Assembly: GCA_965220085.1 (NCBI GenBank)
Contig: CBDCOZ010000003.1
Span: 1,321,683 to 1,385,682, forward strand
Direction: 5' to 3'
Length of the DNA: 64,000 nt
Origin: Candidatus Oxydemutatoraceae bacterium
GTDB lineage: Bacteria > Pseudomonadota > Gammaproteobacteria > Poriferisulfidales > Oxydemutatoraceae
Each line of letters starts with the position of its first letter. The stretch's first letter is position 1. The position numbers and the translations under genes are program-made. This document shows positions 29,701 to 44,700 of the stretch, in pieces. The notes under the pieces are model-generated. The model did not search any database. It had not been told where the DNA came from and saw only the letters and a list, made by a program, of their open reading frames with translations.

Positions 29701-32700
29701 CCTCCGTAGCCCGTCGGGGTTTGCAAAGCGCCGCTCGTTTGCGCCATCGCGCCGCTCACGGCGCCGTTGCCGACCGCGGCGGCGCGTCCCGCGAGCGCGG
29801 CATCCCAGTACGCCGCCGCCAGCGTCGGACTGCCCGACGCCCTGCCGATTACGGCCGCCGCCGTCGCTGTCGTCGGGGCGACCAGCGCCGTCGCATAGCC
29901 GTACTGCAGACGCCAGCCGCCTTCGCCGGAGCCAATCAAACCGCCGGCATAGCCGTCCGCCGCCACATAGGCGGTGGCATAGACATGGCTCGCCGACGAA
30001 GCCGCGTTCATAAACCCGATCAAACCGCCCGCGGATTCGCTCGTAAGATCGCCGGCGCGAGTATCGACCACGCGACCGCTGGCGTAACTGCGCGTCGCCA
30101 TGCCGCCGTCCAAATAGCCGACCAAGCCGCCGAGATGCATGCTGCCGCTGACCGCCGCCGACGACCAACTGCGATCGATCAGAGCGCCGTTATCCGCGCG
30201 CCCGACCAGACCGCCCGCCTGTTGTCCGCTGTCGGCCTCGGCGGCGCCGGCGACCGCGCTGCCGCTGGCATAACTGCGCCGCACCGTGGCGGCATCCGCA
30301 TAGCCGGCCAAGCCGCCCAGATACATGTCGCCGCTGACCGCCGCCGACGACCAACTGCGATCGATCAGAGCGCCGTTATCAAGCCGCCCGACCAGGCCGC
30401 CCATCTGCCGCCCGCCGCCGGCCTCGGCGGCGGCGACCGTGCCGCCGCTGGCATAGCTGCGCCGCACCGCGCCGCCGTTGACGTAGCCGGCCAAAGAGCC
30501 GACGCGCTCATAGCCCGTGACCGACACCGACGACCAACTGTCTTCCGCCGCGCCCGCCAACTCGCCGACCAAGCCGCCGATAGCCGTCGCCGTCCCGGCC
30601 ACGGCGACCGAACCGGCGACGCCGAGGTTGCGCGCGACGCCCGACGCGCCGATGCGCGAGAACAAACCCTGCGCCGTCTGACTCGCGTCGCGATTGATAT
30701 AGAGGTTTGATATCGCATAGCCGTTGCCGTCAAACACTTTCTCAAAAGAGCCGTCGGACCAGAGCGCGTCCCAGCCGCCGACCGCGCCGGTGTTCTGCCA
30801 GCCGGGGTTTATGCTGCCGCTCGCATAACTCGCGGCATCGGCAAAGTCCAGATCGTTCATCAGCTCAAAACCGAGGCAATTCAGCGCCGGCTCGTCCTCC
30901 GTCGGCGGCATACCGGCGACCGGCGGACAGCCCAGGCCCGGCACGGTGTTCGGAAACGCCTCTCGAAAAGCGGCGGACGATGGCATATCTATCGCCGCCA
31001 GTTGCTCCAGCGTCGTGATCTCTATCAGGCCGTCTTTGTCGCTGTCGTAACCGGCAAACGCGCGCTCGGCGGCGGCGCTGCGGGTCGCCTCGCCGCCATT
31101 GACCGCCGCCGCTATGTGATAGCTGTACTCGCCGCCGGCAGCGCTCGGGTTGATCGGCTCGCGCTCCGTCTTCGTCAGTCCCCGCGCCAACAACAGCCAT
31201 GCCGTCGTCGCCGTGCTCTCGTACACATACAGGTTATAGGTCACTGGCACCTCCTCGCTCCAGTGCGAGGTATCGGGCGCGCTCCAACGCAGCTTCCGCG
31301 ACGGCGTCCCGTCATTTCTGAGCATCCTGTCATCGCTTTCGACCGTCAACACCGGCGCGTCGCGCAACTGATAACCGAATTCCTGCCAAGTCGCCGCCTC
31401 GCCGTTGTCATCAAAGTCGATCTTCAGCGCCGGGTACTGTGTCGCGGCGCCGAAATCCCAATAGTCGGTACCGTCGTCATCCCAAGTCGCGTAGATGCCG
31501 CCGGCATAGCCGGTCGGCGCTTGCAACTCGGCGCTCGTCAGGCCCTGTATGCCGCTTACCGTCGCGCCGCCCGACACCAAACCGACGCTGTTGTCCTGAC
31601 TCGTCACGCCGCGGTCCCAATACGCCGCCGTCGCCGAGTAATTGCTGTTGTCGAGGCGACCGCCGAAACCGCCGCTGGCCGTCGCCGCCGCCGACAGCAA
31701 CGCCGTCGAATAAGCATACTTCAACTGCGCCCGTCCCATATGCCCGATTAAACCGCCGGCGTTGCCGCCGTCGCCCGCAGTGCGCGACGCATCGACAAAG
31801 CCAGTCGCATAGACATGCTCGACAGTACTGTCGGCGGCAGCGGCGGCGCCGAGCAAACCGCCGCTCTCGGCCGCGCCGCTCGCGGAACCGGTCGCATAGC
31901 TCGCGCGCACCGTGCCGCCGTTGTTCAAGCCCGCCAGCGAACCGACCCATGTGCCGCCGGCAGCCGACACCGCCGAATACGAGCGTTCTATCGCGCCGCC
32001 GGCCAATTCTCCGGCGATGCCGCCGATGCGATCGTTGTCGGCGCCGCCGCTGACCGAACCGGTCACGCCGACATTGGACACCGCGCCGCCGGCGCCGATG
32101 ACGCCGAACAAGCCCTGCCGATCGTTGCCATCCGCGGCGCGCTCGATACGCAGGTTGGCGATCGTATGCCCCTTGCCGTTGAAAGTCCCGACAAAGCGAT
32201 TCGTGTTATCGCCGATCGGCGTCCAGCCCTCTTCTTCGTCGCTCGTCCAGGCGAGATTCACCGTGCCCGAGCCATAACTGGCGGGATCGTCAAAATCCAA
32301 GTCATTGCTCAACTCGTAACCGATGCAATGCGCCCCCCCCGGTTGGGCGGGAGCCGGGCAACCCATGTTCGGCTGCGGGTTGAGAAAGCCCGCCTCGTAC
32401 GCATCCTGATCGCCCGCCGCGACGACGCCATTGCCGTCCAAGTCGTAGCGCACCGCGTTCAACTGCTCCAAGGTCGCGATGTCTATCAGGCCGTCGTCAT
32501 CGGCATCGTAATCGGTCACGCCTTGCACCGTGATGCGCGCGCTGCGCGCCGCTTCGCCGCCGCTGATTAATACCGCCACTTGGTATCGCGGCGCGGCGCC
32601 CAAATCGGCATCGCTATCGGTGTGTTCGGTGGCCGTCAGGCTCATCGCATCGGCCAAAGCGACGTTGTCGCGATAGACGCGGTAGCGCAGGTCGGATGCC

Positions 32701-35700
32701 GACAGCGCGCGGTCGGGGTCGCTATCCCAGTGCGATATATCCGGCGCGTCCCAACTCAGCTGCGCCGCGCCCATGTCGTCCGTGGTCTCAAACGCGCGCA
32801 AGGTCAAACGCACGCGCAACTGATAGCCGAACTCCTGCCAACTCGCCTCCTCATCCTCCTCGTCGAACACCACTTTCAGCGCCGGATAGGAACCCGGCGT
32901 GAAATCCCAATAGTCGGTGCCGTCTTCGTTCCAAAGACGATAAATCCCCTCATAGTCCGACGGCGCTTGCAAAGCGGCGGTCGACTGCGCCGTCGCATCG
33001 AAGGTGAAAAACCTAGTCGAGCCAGAACCAAACCGCCGATTCGATGACGTCAGCCCCGACGTGTCGCTATCCCAATATGTCCCCCCACGGACTATCGGAT
33101 CTGATGTCGCCCCGCCGACCAGACCGCCCCTCGTCGGCGCGTCGATCAGCGCGGTCACATAGCCATAGCGCAGCGTACTGCCGCGGATAGCGCCCAGAAT
33201 TCCGCCCGCAGACCCAGACTGACCCGACTTCACGAAACCGGTCGCGTAGACATGCTCCACAGGAGTCCTACTGTGACCGCTTTCGGCTATCATGAAGCCC
33301 GCCAGACCGCCGCCGGACGAAGCGGTTACGGTTACGTAGCCGCTTGCATAACTCGTCCGCACCGTAGCCCTGTCGATATAGCCGACCAAGGAACCGATAT
33401 TATTGGCGCCGCTCACCGCCGCCATCGAATAACTGCGCTCAACCGCAGCACTGCCGCCGGTCAAGTGACCGACCAGACCGCCGATGCTGCCATTGCCGGT
33501 CACGCTGCCCGACACGCCGACGCGGCTGATCGTACCGCTGACAAAACCGAACAAGCCCTGGGCGTTCGTCTCCGGCCGATTGATATGCAAGTTGTATATC
33601 GTGCGGCCTTTGCCGTCAAATTTCGCTATAAATCTCGTCTGGCGAGTGTTGCTATCGCCAATCGGCGTCCAGCCTTCGCCGCTCGTCCAAGCGGCTTGGT
33701 TGGCGCTATCGGCGTAGTCGTTGGCGTCTTCAAAGTCCAGATCGCGGGCCAACTCATAACCGGTGCAAACTGACGGACAACCCATCCTAAACGGCGGGCG
33801 CGGGAAGGCCGCGGCATACGCCTCCCTATCTTCCGCCGACAACACGACGTCGACGCGGGGGTGATAACGCACGGCGTCCAGTTGCTCCAGAGTGCTGACT
33901 TCTATCAAGTTGTCATCGTCGACATCGTAGTCCAGCAGAGCCGGGCCGAGCGTGGTGCGCAACGCCTCGCCGCCGTCTATCACCGCCGCCACCGCATAGT
34001 CATGCTGCGCTGCGCCGCCGGGCAACACGTCGTTATCGGTATGCGGCGTCAAGGCTGTCTTGTCGTCGCGATCGGCGGCCAACTCGGTCAGAACATCGCC
34101 GCGCAGGCGGTAGATGCGGTAGGTCAGCGTCGGCGGCGGATCCCAGTGCTCCAGATTCGGCGAATTCCATTCCAGCGCGCGACCGTTGATCAGATTGTCC
34201 GCCGCGGTCAGCGACAACCTGCGACGCAGTTGATAACCGAATTCTTGCCAACTGACTTCGTTGTCGTCGTTAAAATCAACCTGCAACGCCGGGTAGTCGC
34301 CGCCGATGCCGAAATCCCAGTAGTCGCTGCCGTCGTCGTTCCACAGGGCCGTCGATGCCCTCTCGCTGATGCCGCTGACATCGCCGCCGGGGGAGGCGGT
34401 CTCAGCCGCCGTCACATGGGCATCCCACCACACCCCCTGGAAACTGCCCATGCCGTCGCCGCTGACGGCGCCGCCGCCGATCGACAGCGTCCGCGCGTAG
34501 GCGTAGCGCACCGTCGCAACGCCGCCGCCGCCGATCAAGCCGCCGCCGGCGGCGGATGTCACCCTGCCGCTCGCGTAGACATGCTCGACCGTCGTCGCCG
34601 TATTCGCCGCGGCGGCGCCGCCGACCAGACCGCCGCCCGAGGTCTCGGCATCGACGCTGCCGGTGGCATAACTCGCGCGCACCGCGCCGCCGTCGATATA
34701 ACCGAGCAGAGAACCGATGTGTTCGTCGCCGCTCGCCGCCGCCGTCGAATACGATTGCTCCAGCGTCCCGCCGCGCAACTCGCCGACGATGCCGCCGATG
34801 CGATCATCGCCCGTCACCGCGCCGCTGACGCGAACGCGCCTGATCACCGCCTCGCTGCCGGCCACGCCGAACAGGCCTTGCGCGCTGCTCGCCGGACGGT
34901 TGATATGCAGGTTGGCGATGGCAAAACCCTTGCCGTCAAAAGTCGCATCGAAGGCGTCGCCGTCATCGCCGATCGGCGGCCAGCCGGCGCCGCGCGTCCA
35001 CGCCCCGCTGTCGGTCGCCGCCATATAGCGCGCGGGATCGTCAAAATCCAAATCGGTGATCAATTCATAGCCGACACACCCCGCCGGACAACCCATCGTC
35101 ACCGCCGGGTCGGGGAAGGCCGCGGCATACGCCTCCCTATCCTCCGCCGCCACCGCGCCGTCGCCGTTCAAGTCGTAACGCACGGCGTCCAGTTGCTCCA
35201 GGGCGCTCACATCTATCAGGCCGTCGTCGTCGAGGTCATAATCTCGCGGCGCGGTCGAGTGCGCCGCGCTGCGGCTCGCCTCGCCGCCATTGATCACCGC
35301 CGCCACATGGTAGGTGTTGTCGCTCTCGCCCGGGTCGGCATCGGCATAACTCGTATCGACAACGCCGGTTTGCAACAAGGTCGCGCCGATCGACGTAGTC
35401 GAGCGATAGATCGCATACGCGATGTCCGGCGGGTTTGTCGTCCAGTGCGAGACGTCGGGCGCGTCCCAAGTCAGCGTCCGCTCGGAGACGGTCGGCGCGA
35501 CGCGCAAGTTCTGCGGGCCTTGGCGCAACTGCCAGCCGAATTCCTGCCAACTCACCATGCCGTTGCCGTCGAAGTCCGCCTTCAGCGCCGGGTATTCGTC
35601 GCTGTCGCCAAAGTCCCAATAGTCGGTCGGGTTGCCGGCGACATCGTCCGCGTTCCAGGTCGCGTAGATGCCGCCGTAGCCGGTCGGCGCTTGCAACGCG

Positions 35701-38700
35701 GCGGTGGCAAACCCGCTGATGCCGCCGACCGCGTTGTCGTTGGCCTCGCCGACCGCCTCGCTCAGACCCGAGGTCTGCGTATCCCAAACCACCGCGCCGA
35801 AGGCGAGGTCGCCATTCGCTTCTCCCAGCGCGCCGCCGGCGACACCCGCGGCCTGCGCCGCGGAATAACCGAGTTGCGCCGTGGAATAGGCATAGCGCAA
35901 GCGCGCGGAGGCGTCGGCCTCGCCAATCAGACCGCCGACGTTTTCGCTCGGAGACGCCGCCGGTCGGCGCTTGACAAATCCGGTCGCGTAGACGTGCTCT
36001 ATGGCAGAGCCGCTTCCGCTCAAACTGCCGACCAGACCGCCGCCGCGGGTTGCGTCCGTCGCGCCGCTGGCGTAAGCGCGGCGGATCGAACCGCCGGTCT
36101 GCCGGCCGACCAGAGGGCCCATCGCTTGCTCGCCGCTAACCATCGCCGCCGACCAGACTTGATCGACCAGCCCGCCTTGCAGGCTGCCGGCCAAGCCGCC
36201 GCCCGCCGAGCGCGCGGCGACCGCGCCGGTGACGCCGACATTCATGATCAACGCGCCGGCAGCGACCCTGCCGAACAAGCCCTGATTAGCGGAATCGCCG
36301 CGATTGACATAGAGGTTGTACACCGCATTGCCGTTGCCATTGAAGGTCGCCGCAAACGCGCTCTCGCTATCGCCGATCGGCGTCCAGCCTTCTTCTTCGT
36401 CGCCGTCGGCGGGGTTGATGACCCACGCATGGGTCGCGGTATCGCCGCCCGCGTAGTCGTTCGGGTCGTTGAAATCCAAATCGCGCATCAATTCATAGCC
36501 GATGCAATTGCCGCAACCCGTCGCATTCGGGAAGGCTTCGTTGTAACGCGCAAAGTCATCGCCCGTCACGATGCCGTCGCCGTTCGGGTCATAGCGCACC
36601 GCGGCCAGTTGTTCCAGATTGGCGATGTCTATCAGGCCGTCGTCGTCGCTGTCGTAATCGACCAGTCCGGCGAGGGTCAGCGTCGGCGTGCGCACGGCCT
36701 CGCCGCCGTTGATCACCGCCGCCACGCCGTAGGCATAGCGGCTGCCCGAGGCCACGCCTCTGTCGTCGTACTCGACAACGGTCATGCCCTCGCTCAGTAT
36801 CTCGCCGTCGCGATACACCGCATACGTAATCGGCGGCGTATCGCTCCACGCCACCGTCAGCGGCGCCACCCACCGCAACTTGCGCGCGGAGAAATCGCCG
36901 GCGAGCGCGAAACCGGTCGGCGCGGTGCGCAGTTGCCAGCCGAATTCCTCCCAACTGACTTCGCCGTCGCCGTCAAAATCAACTTGCAACGCCGGGTATT
37001 GATTGGCCACGCCGAAGTCCCAGTAATCGGTCGCGGCGCCGGCGGCATCGTTCGCATTCCAGGCGGCGTAGATGCCGACATATCCCCCGGGCGCTTGCAG
37101 TTCGCTCGTCGTCCGCGCGCTGACGCCGGCGACGACGACGCCGGCGCTGCCGGCGCTCGCCCGGTTCGTCGTCTCGGTATCCCAAACCGCCGCCTCGAAG
37201 CTACCGCCGCCGCCGGCGCCGAACAGACCGCCGCCGCCGGTCACCAAGCCCGTCGCATACGCATAGCGCAGGTTCGCGTCGCCGCCGCCGAACAGACCGC
37301 CGCCGTCGGCGACCGCGCCGGTCGCATAGACATGCTCCAGCGTCGCCGCGTCGGCGCCGCCGACCAGACCGCCGCCGCCGGATGCGGCCGATACCGCGCC
37401 GGTCGCATAACTCGCGCGCACCGCGCCGGCGGCGACATAACCCGCCAACGCGCCGACATGCGCGCCGCCCGACGCCGACACCGTTGAATACGATCGCTCT
37501 ATCACGCCGCCGTTCAGGCTGCCGGCGATGCCGCCGATGCGGTCGTTGTCCGCGCCCGCTGTGATGGTACCGGAAACACTCAAGCGCGACACCGAAGCGC
37601 CGCTGCCGATAGCGGCAAACAGCCCTTGGTTATCGTTGCCGTCGTCGGTGCGCTTGATATACAGATTGGCTATCCTATGCCCGTTGCCGTCGAAGGTCGC
37701 CGCGTAGGGATCGCCGGCGCTGCCGATCGGCGGCCACCCCGCGCCGTCCTCGCCCTCGCTCCAGCCCTCGTCCGCGGCGCCGGCGTAGCTGTCGGCATCG
37801 TCAAAGTCCAAATCGCGCGTCAATTCATAGCCGGCGCACACAGCGTTCGGGCAGCCCATGCCGGTCGCGGCATGGGGATAGGCCAGCGCGTGCGCCGCCG
37901 CCGTCGCCTTGCCGTCGCCGTTTAGGTCATGGCGCACCGCGTCCAACTGCCGCAGGTTGGCGATGTCTATCAGGCCGTCGTCATCCATATCGTAATCGAC
38001 CGCCGGCGCCGATTCGCAGACGCTGCGCGATGCCTCGCCGCCGACGATCACCGCCGCTACGTGATAGACATGGGTCGCCTGCGCATCGGTTTCCGCGTCG
38101 ACATAACGCAAGCCGGCGCTGTCGCTCTCGCTCAGATCGGCCAACAATAGGCCGTCGCGATAGATGCGGTAGGTCACCGGCGGCGGGTTGCTCCATGCCG
38201 GCGGCATACTCGGCGCGCGCCACGTCAGCGTCCGCTCGCCCTCTTCGTTTGCGACCGTCAGGTCGCGCGGGCCTTCGCGCAGTTGATAGCCGAACTCCTC
38301 CCAACTGGCGCTGCCGTTGTCGTTGAAATCGGTCTTCAGCGCCGGGTATTGGCCGGCGCCGCCGAAGTCCCAGTAGTCGCCGCCTTCGTTCCAGTCGGCG
38401 TAGATGCCGGCGTAGCCGGTCGGCGCTTGCAACCCGGCGCTCGTCGCGCTCGTCGGCCCGACCGTCTCGGCGACGGTTTGAATGTCGCCGTAGGCCGCGG
38501 TGGCGACCGCGGAGGTGTCGGTATCCCAATAGACCGCGTCAAACACGGTGGTTTGATTGCTGTTGTAGCCGGCGATACCGCCGCGCTCGGCAGCGCCCGG
38601 CGCGATCTGCGCGGTCGCGTAGGCGTAGCGGAGCGTCGACGTTCCGACCCAGCCGATCAGACCGCCGGCGCGCTCATTGCCGTCGGCGCCCATGTAACCG

Positions 38701-41700
38701 GTCGCATACGCGTGCTCGACAACGATGCCGTCCTGCAGCGCGCCGGTTATGCCGCCGAGTTCCTTGTCCGCCGATGCGGCGCCGGTCGTGTAAACGCGCC
38801 GCACCGCGCCGCCGCCGGTCAGCCACCCCGCCAACGGCGCGGCGCGGATCGTCCCGCCGTCCGCCGATACCGCCGAATAGACATCTTTTATCGTCGTCCC
38901 CAAGGTCTTGCCGACCAAGCCGCCGGTGTCGTGGCCCGCCGTCACCGAACCGGTGACGCCGAGATTGGAGATCGTCGCATTGCCGGTCTCGCCAAACAGC
39001 CCCTGAATATTGCCATTGCGCTCGATATGCAGGTTATAGATCGTATGCCCCCTGCCGTTGAAGATGCCGGAAAATCGTGTCGCGGGCGCGCCCAACGGCG
39101 GCCAACCTTCGCCCTCTTCGGCGCGGCTCCAGCCATGGACTCCGGCATCGCCGCCGGCATAACTCGCATCCTCGTCAAAGTCCAGATCGCGCGTCAGTTC
39201 ATAGCCGACGCAACCGGCGGGACAACCCATGTCCGCCGCCCGCGCCGGAAACGCCGCTTCGTAGTCCGGCGCGCCCGCCATCATGCCGTCGCCGTCCAAG
39301 TCGCGGCGGATCGCATCGAGTTGTTCCAGCCATGCGATCTCTATCAGGCCGTCGTCGTCGGTATCGTAATCGATCGTCGCCGCCGCCGTCGGCGAGTGGC
39401 TGCGGCTCGCCTCGCCGCCGTAGACGACGGCGGCCACGTGATAGGCCGAGGTCTCGCCGTCGCTCAAATCGGCATCGACATAACTCCGTTGCGACAGCTC
39501 CGCGGCATCGGCCAAGAGCGCGCCGCGGCGATACACCGTGTAGCGCAACGGCGGCGGCGGATTCCACGCCGACACATCCGGCGCGTCCCAAGTCAATCTG
39601 CGGTTGGTCTCGCCGGCGATGGCGAACGCCGGCGGGCCTTGCCGCAGTTGATAGCCGAACTCTTGCCATGTCGCCTCGCCGTCGCCGTTGAAATCCGTCC
39701 GCAACGCCGGGTACTCGTTCGGGCCGCCGAAGTCCCAACTCGCCGCCGACACATCCCAGTCGGCGTAGATGCCGCGGTAGGCCGTCGGCGTCTGCAACTC
39801 AGCGCTCGTGCGGCCGGTCACGCCGCTCAACGTACCGCTGCCGATGGCGTCGCTCTTGGCCGAAGTCTGGGTGTCCCAATACGCCGCTGTCGCGGCGGCG
39901 GAAGCTTCGACATGACCGCCAAAGCCGCCGCTCTCTGTCGCGCTCGGATTGATCAGACCCGTCGCATAGCCATAGCGCACCGTCACGTTGCCCAGGTTGC
40001 CAATCAAACCGCCGCCGCGATATTCGCTGCCGTCGCGCGTCGTGTTGATGTAGCCGGTCGCGTAGACATGTTCCACCGTGCCGCCCTCCAGGAAGTGGAT
40101 GTCGCGCCCGAGCACGCCGCCGCCTTGCGAGTTCGCATAGACATTGCCGGTCGCGTAACTGCGGCTGACGGTCGAAGCGCTTGAGGCATAGCCGACCAAA
40201 GAGCCGATATGCGCCCGGCCCTCCGCCGACACCGCCGACCAACTGTTCTCCAGCGTACTCTCCAAATGCTGACCGATCAGACCGGCGATATTGTTACGGT
40301 CGCCGCCGTCGATGGCGCCGGTGACGCCGATATTGCGGATACTGGCGCCGCTGACCGTGCCGAACAGACCCTGAGCTATCCGCTCGCGGTCGATATACAG
40401 GTTGTGGATCGTGTGACCGTTGCCGTCAAAGGTCGCCGTGTAACCATTGTCACCCTCGCCCTCTCTATTCTGGCCATCTCTCACGGCCGGGTCGCCGATC
40501 GGCAACCAGCCCTCTTCGTCGTCGCCATCGTCGGGGTCCAGCGTCCACACGGTGATCGCGGTCGTGTCGGCAAAGAGGTAACTCGTCAGGTCCTCAAAGT
40601 CCAGATCGCGCGTCAGTTCATAGCCGACGCAACCGGCGGGACAACCCATGTCCGCCGCCCGCGCGGGGAAAGCCGCGTCATAGGTCGGCGAATTCGCGTT
40701 CGTCGGCATGCCGTTGCCGTCCAAGTCGCCGGTCACCGCGCCGAGTTGTTCCAGATACGCGATCTCTATCAGGCCGTCGTCGTCGGTATCGTAGTCGATC
40801 TCGGGCTGCGTCCAGACGGCTCCGGCGCTGATGCGCCCGCCGCCGTGGCGCGCGATTACCGCGCCGATGTGATAGCGGTACTCGGCGCCCGCGTCGGTCT
40901 TTAGACGCTCGTCGTCGCGATAGCGCAACTCGGCGAGGTCTTCGGCCAGCAAGAAGCCGTCGCGATAGACGTTATAGCGCAGGTCGGATGCCGACAGTGC
41001 GCGCGCCGGCTCGCCGTCCCAGTGCGAGACATCGGGCGCGCTCCACGTGATCTCACGCGCGTCGATATCGCCCGCGACCGTCACGTTGGCCGGCGCGTCG
41101 CGCAACTGATAGCCAAACTCCTGCCAACTCACGATGCCGTCGTTGTTGAAGTCAATCTTGAGCGCCGGGTACTGCGCGATCGTGCCGAAGTCCCAGTCGT
41201 CGCTTGCACCCTCTTCGTTCCAGTCGGCATAGATGCTCTCATACGTCGTCGGCGCGCGCAAGATATCGCTTGCTTGCTCGCCGCTGGAGACGACCTCGTC
41301 GGCGCTGCCGTCGCCGATCAAGGGGACATCCGGCAGGACGCGCTCGCTATCGGCATAGACAGCGTTGATGTCAAAGTCGGGCGTAACACGGACCTGTCCC
41401 GCCAGACTGCCGACGCGACCGACCGGGGATTGCGCCAGCGTCGATACATAGCCATAGCGGAGTCGGATGGTCCTGGCCCCTCTGCCCACGTCCCCTATGA
41501 CACCGCCCGCGGCTGCGGGAAGATCGGTAGCGGGAACGCCCGAGAGCATCGCGCCGGTCGCGTAGACGTGCTCTATGGTCGCATCGGTTTCAGGAATGCT
41601 CGCAGTGCCGCCGGCATTGCCGGCGATGCCGCCGACATGGCCGATGCTGGCGGATACGTTGCCGCTCGCATAACTCGTTCGCACTACGCTGTCAACGTTC

Positions 41701-44700
41701 ATCAGATGAACAAGACCGCCCACAGCAAAATCATCATCATCCGCCAGTATCGTTGCGGCGGAATAAGTATTCATCAACGTGCTTCTTACCACGTCAGTAA
41801 CCACACTTGCCGAATATCGCACCGAGCCGAGAACGCCGACATTCGTCACGCTTGCGTCGCTCGCTCCGAAAATTAATGAGGCGACACTGCGCATGAACAC
41901 GGTATGACCGTTGCCATCGAAGGTCGCGGTGAGGTAGCCGTTGATGCCCGGCCACGCCGCCGCCCAGACGGGGTTGACGACGCCGCTGCCATAACTCGCC
42001 GCATCGGTGAAGTCCAGATCGCGCGTCAGTTCATAGCCGGCGCAACCGCCGGCGGGGCACATATCATCGGCCGGGAACGGGAACGCCGCGCGGTAATCGT
42101 CCGCGTTATCCGCCTCCGGTTCGCCGTCGCCGTCAACATCCCAGCGGATCGCGTCGAGTTGCTCGACCGTGGCGATCTCTATCAGGCCGTTGTCGTCGCT
42201 GTCGTAGTCAAAGCGGTCGCTCACGCGCCAGACGGCGACGCTGCGGCTTGGCTCGCCGCCCTCGATTACCGCCGCGACGGTATAGGTGTGGCGCTTATCG
42301 TCCGCAACACCCGTATCGGTATAGCGCGCAGCGCTCAGCGACTCTGCCAGCAGCGTTTCTACCCTGTCGACGACCTCCTCCTGGGTATTGGTATCAATCA
42401 CTGTCTCAATGCTTGAACGATAGACGTTGTAGGTGAGTGCCGGCGGGTCATCCCAGTGCGAAGTGTCGGGTGCGTCCCAGCGCAGTTCGCGCGCCGCGAG
42501 GTCGCCGCTCACGCGCAGGTCGCGCGGGCCTTCGCGCAGTTGCCAGCCGAATTCCTGCCAAGTGGCCGTGCCGTCGTTGTTCGTATCGACCTTCAGCGCC
42601 GGGTATTGGCTGGCGTTGCCGAAGTCCCAGTAGTCGCTGCCGTCGTCGTCCCAACTCGCATAGATACCGCTATAGCCGGTCGGCACGGCGAGCGCCAAAG
42701 TCGTCGCGCCGGCGATGCCGGTGACGGCGTGGGTGGTGTCATCGCCGAAGGCGGCGGCGATGCCGGCGGTCTCGGTATTCCAGTAGACCGCGGTCGCCGC
42801 CAGCGTGTCGAAGGCGCTTCCGATGACGGCGCCGCCGCTGTCGTCGTTGATGCGCGCGGTGGTATAGGCATAGCGCAACGTCGCGGCATCGTCAAAATAT
42901 ATGCCGATCAAACCGCCGCCGCTGTCATTAATGTTGTTATAGCCGGTCGCATAGACGTGCTCGGTCGGCGCACAGGCAGCGCCGGCGAGCGCGCCATCTC
43001 TAACAATTGAAATGGTGTCGTCCGGATGATCGCGCAAACGGCCGGTGGCATAGCTCGCGCGCAGGGCGCCGCCGGCGCTGCTACAAGCGCCGATGAGGCT
43101 GCCGCTGACCTGACCGACAGCCGCCGACACCGACGACCAACTGCCTTCCACCGTGCCGCCGGCATTCAGCTCAGCGACCAGACCGCTCCCCCATTGCTTG
43201 TCAATCAACTCGCCGGTGATGCCAACATTGCGCACGATACCGCCGTCGCCAACCTTCCCGAACAAACCAAAAGCCGAGTGACCGCTTCTGGCGTTATAGT
43301 AATTGCGCAGCGTATGACCGTTGCCGTCAAATATCGCCGTGAAACCATCGCCTGTGTCTCTTCCGATTGCCGGCCAACCTTCGCCGAGACCCGCGTTATT
43401 GAACCAAGGCGTCGCGCCGCTCTGCGCAGTCGGCACCCACATTTCGGTGGCAGTGCTGCCGATGTAATAGCTGTCGGCAGCGTTGAAATCCAGATCGCGC
43501 GTCAACTCATAGCCGGCGCAACCGCTATCGGGGCAACCCATGCCGTCAATCGCCGGGAACATAAAGACGTAAGTCGCCGCGCTCGTTTCCGGGATGCCGT
43601 CGCCGTCCAAATCAAAATCTATCGCGCGCAGTTGATCGAGGTTGCTCACTTCTATCAGGCCATCGTCGTCCAGATCAAAGTCGCGCAAGCCCGATGTCAC
43701 CGCCGGCGCGCGCGCCGCTTCGCCGCCCTCGACGACCGCCGCCACGTGATAGCGATGCGTGATCGTCGGTATCGCGCCGTTATCGGCATACGTCGTGTCG
43801 GTCAGACCGCTGCGCAACAACACCGTATCCGGCGCGTCCGGCAAGCGCGTGTGGGGATGGCGGTAGATGTTGTAAGTGACCGTCGGCGGATTGTCCCAGT
43901 GCGAGGTGTCGGGGGCGTCCCAGCGCAGTGTGCGCGACGGGCCGGTACCGCTCGCTGTCAGATTCTGCGGCGGCTCGCGCAACTGATAGCCGAACTCCTG
44001 CCAGCTCGCGATGCCGTCGTTGTTGAAATCCACCTTCAGCGCGGGGTATTGTTGCGCGGTGCCGAAGTCCCAGTAGTCGGTCGGGTTGCCATTGGCATCG
44101 TCTGCGTCCCAGTCGGCGTAGATGCCGACGTAACCCTGAGGCCCTTGTAATTCGGCGGTGGTATGGCCGCTGATATTGGTCGCCGCCGAGTTTGTATCGG
44201 CGTGACCGACCGCCGCGGTCGTGCCGCTGGCATCCGTGTCCCAATAGACGGCGGTGAATGTATCATTCACGCTATTAGAACCGATGACACCGCCGCGCTC
44301 TGTCGTCGCCGGTTCCAGAAAGGCGGTGGAATAGGCGTATTTGAGTGTGCCCTCACCAAAATAACCAAGCAGACCGCCGGCACGGCGCATATCGCCGCCG
44401 TGCGTACCGTCAACTTGACCGGTCGCATAGACGTGCTCTACCGCAGGCAGGCTGGCTATATTGTTCATCGCACCGATCAGACCGCCGGCATACTGACCCG
44501 CGCGCGCGCGACCAGTCGCATAACTCGTATATATGCCGCCGCCACCCATATCGGCGACCAGCGAACCCGCAGAAGCCGCGGCGGTTGCCGCCACTGACGA
44601 CCAGCTATTTTCTACGCGACCGCCCGCCAGACGGGTGACCACACCCGCAGCCTGATTTTCATCCACGACTTCCACCGAACCGGTGACGCCGAGGTTTTTC

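Noticed and set aside
25029-30710. Very long plus-strand ORFs (e.g. 25029..27449 at 806 aa, 28176..30710 at 844 aa, 47538..50105 at 855 aa, and many others) across the window
   Set aside because: All lie antisense to the giant minus-strand genes. They are Arg/Ala/Gly-rich low-complexity translations typical of stop-poor alternative frames in very GC-rich repetitive coding DNA. None shows domain-like sequence.
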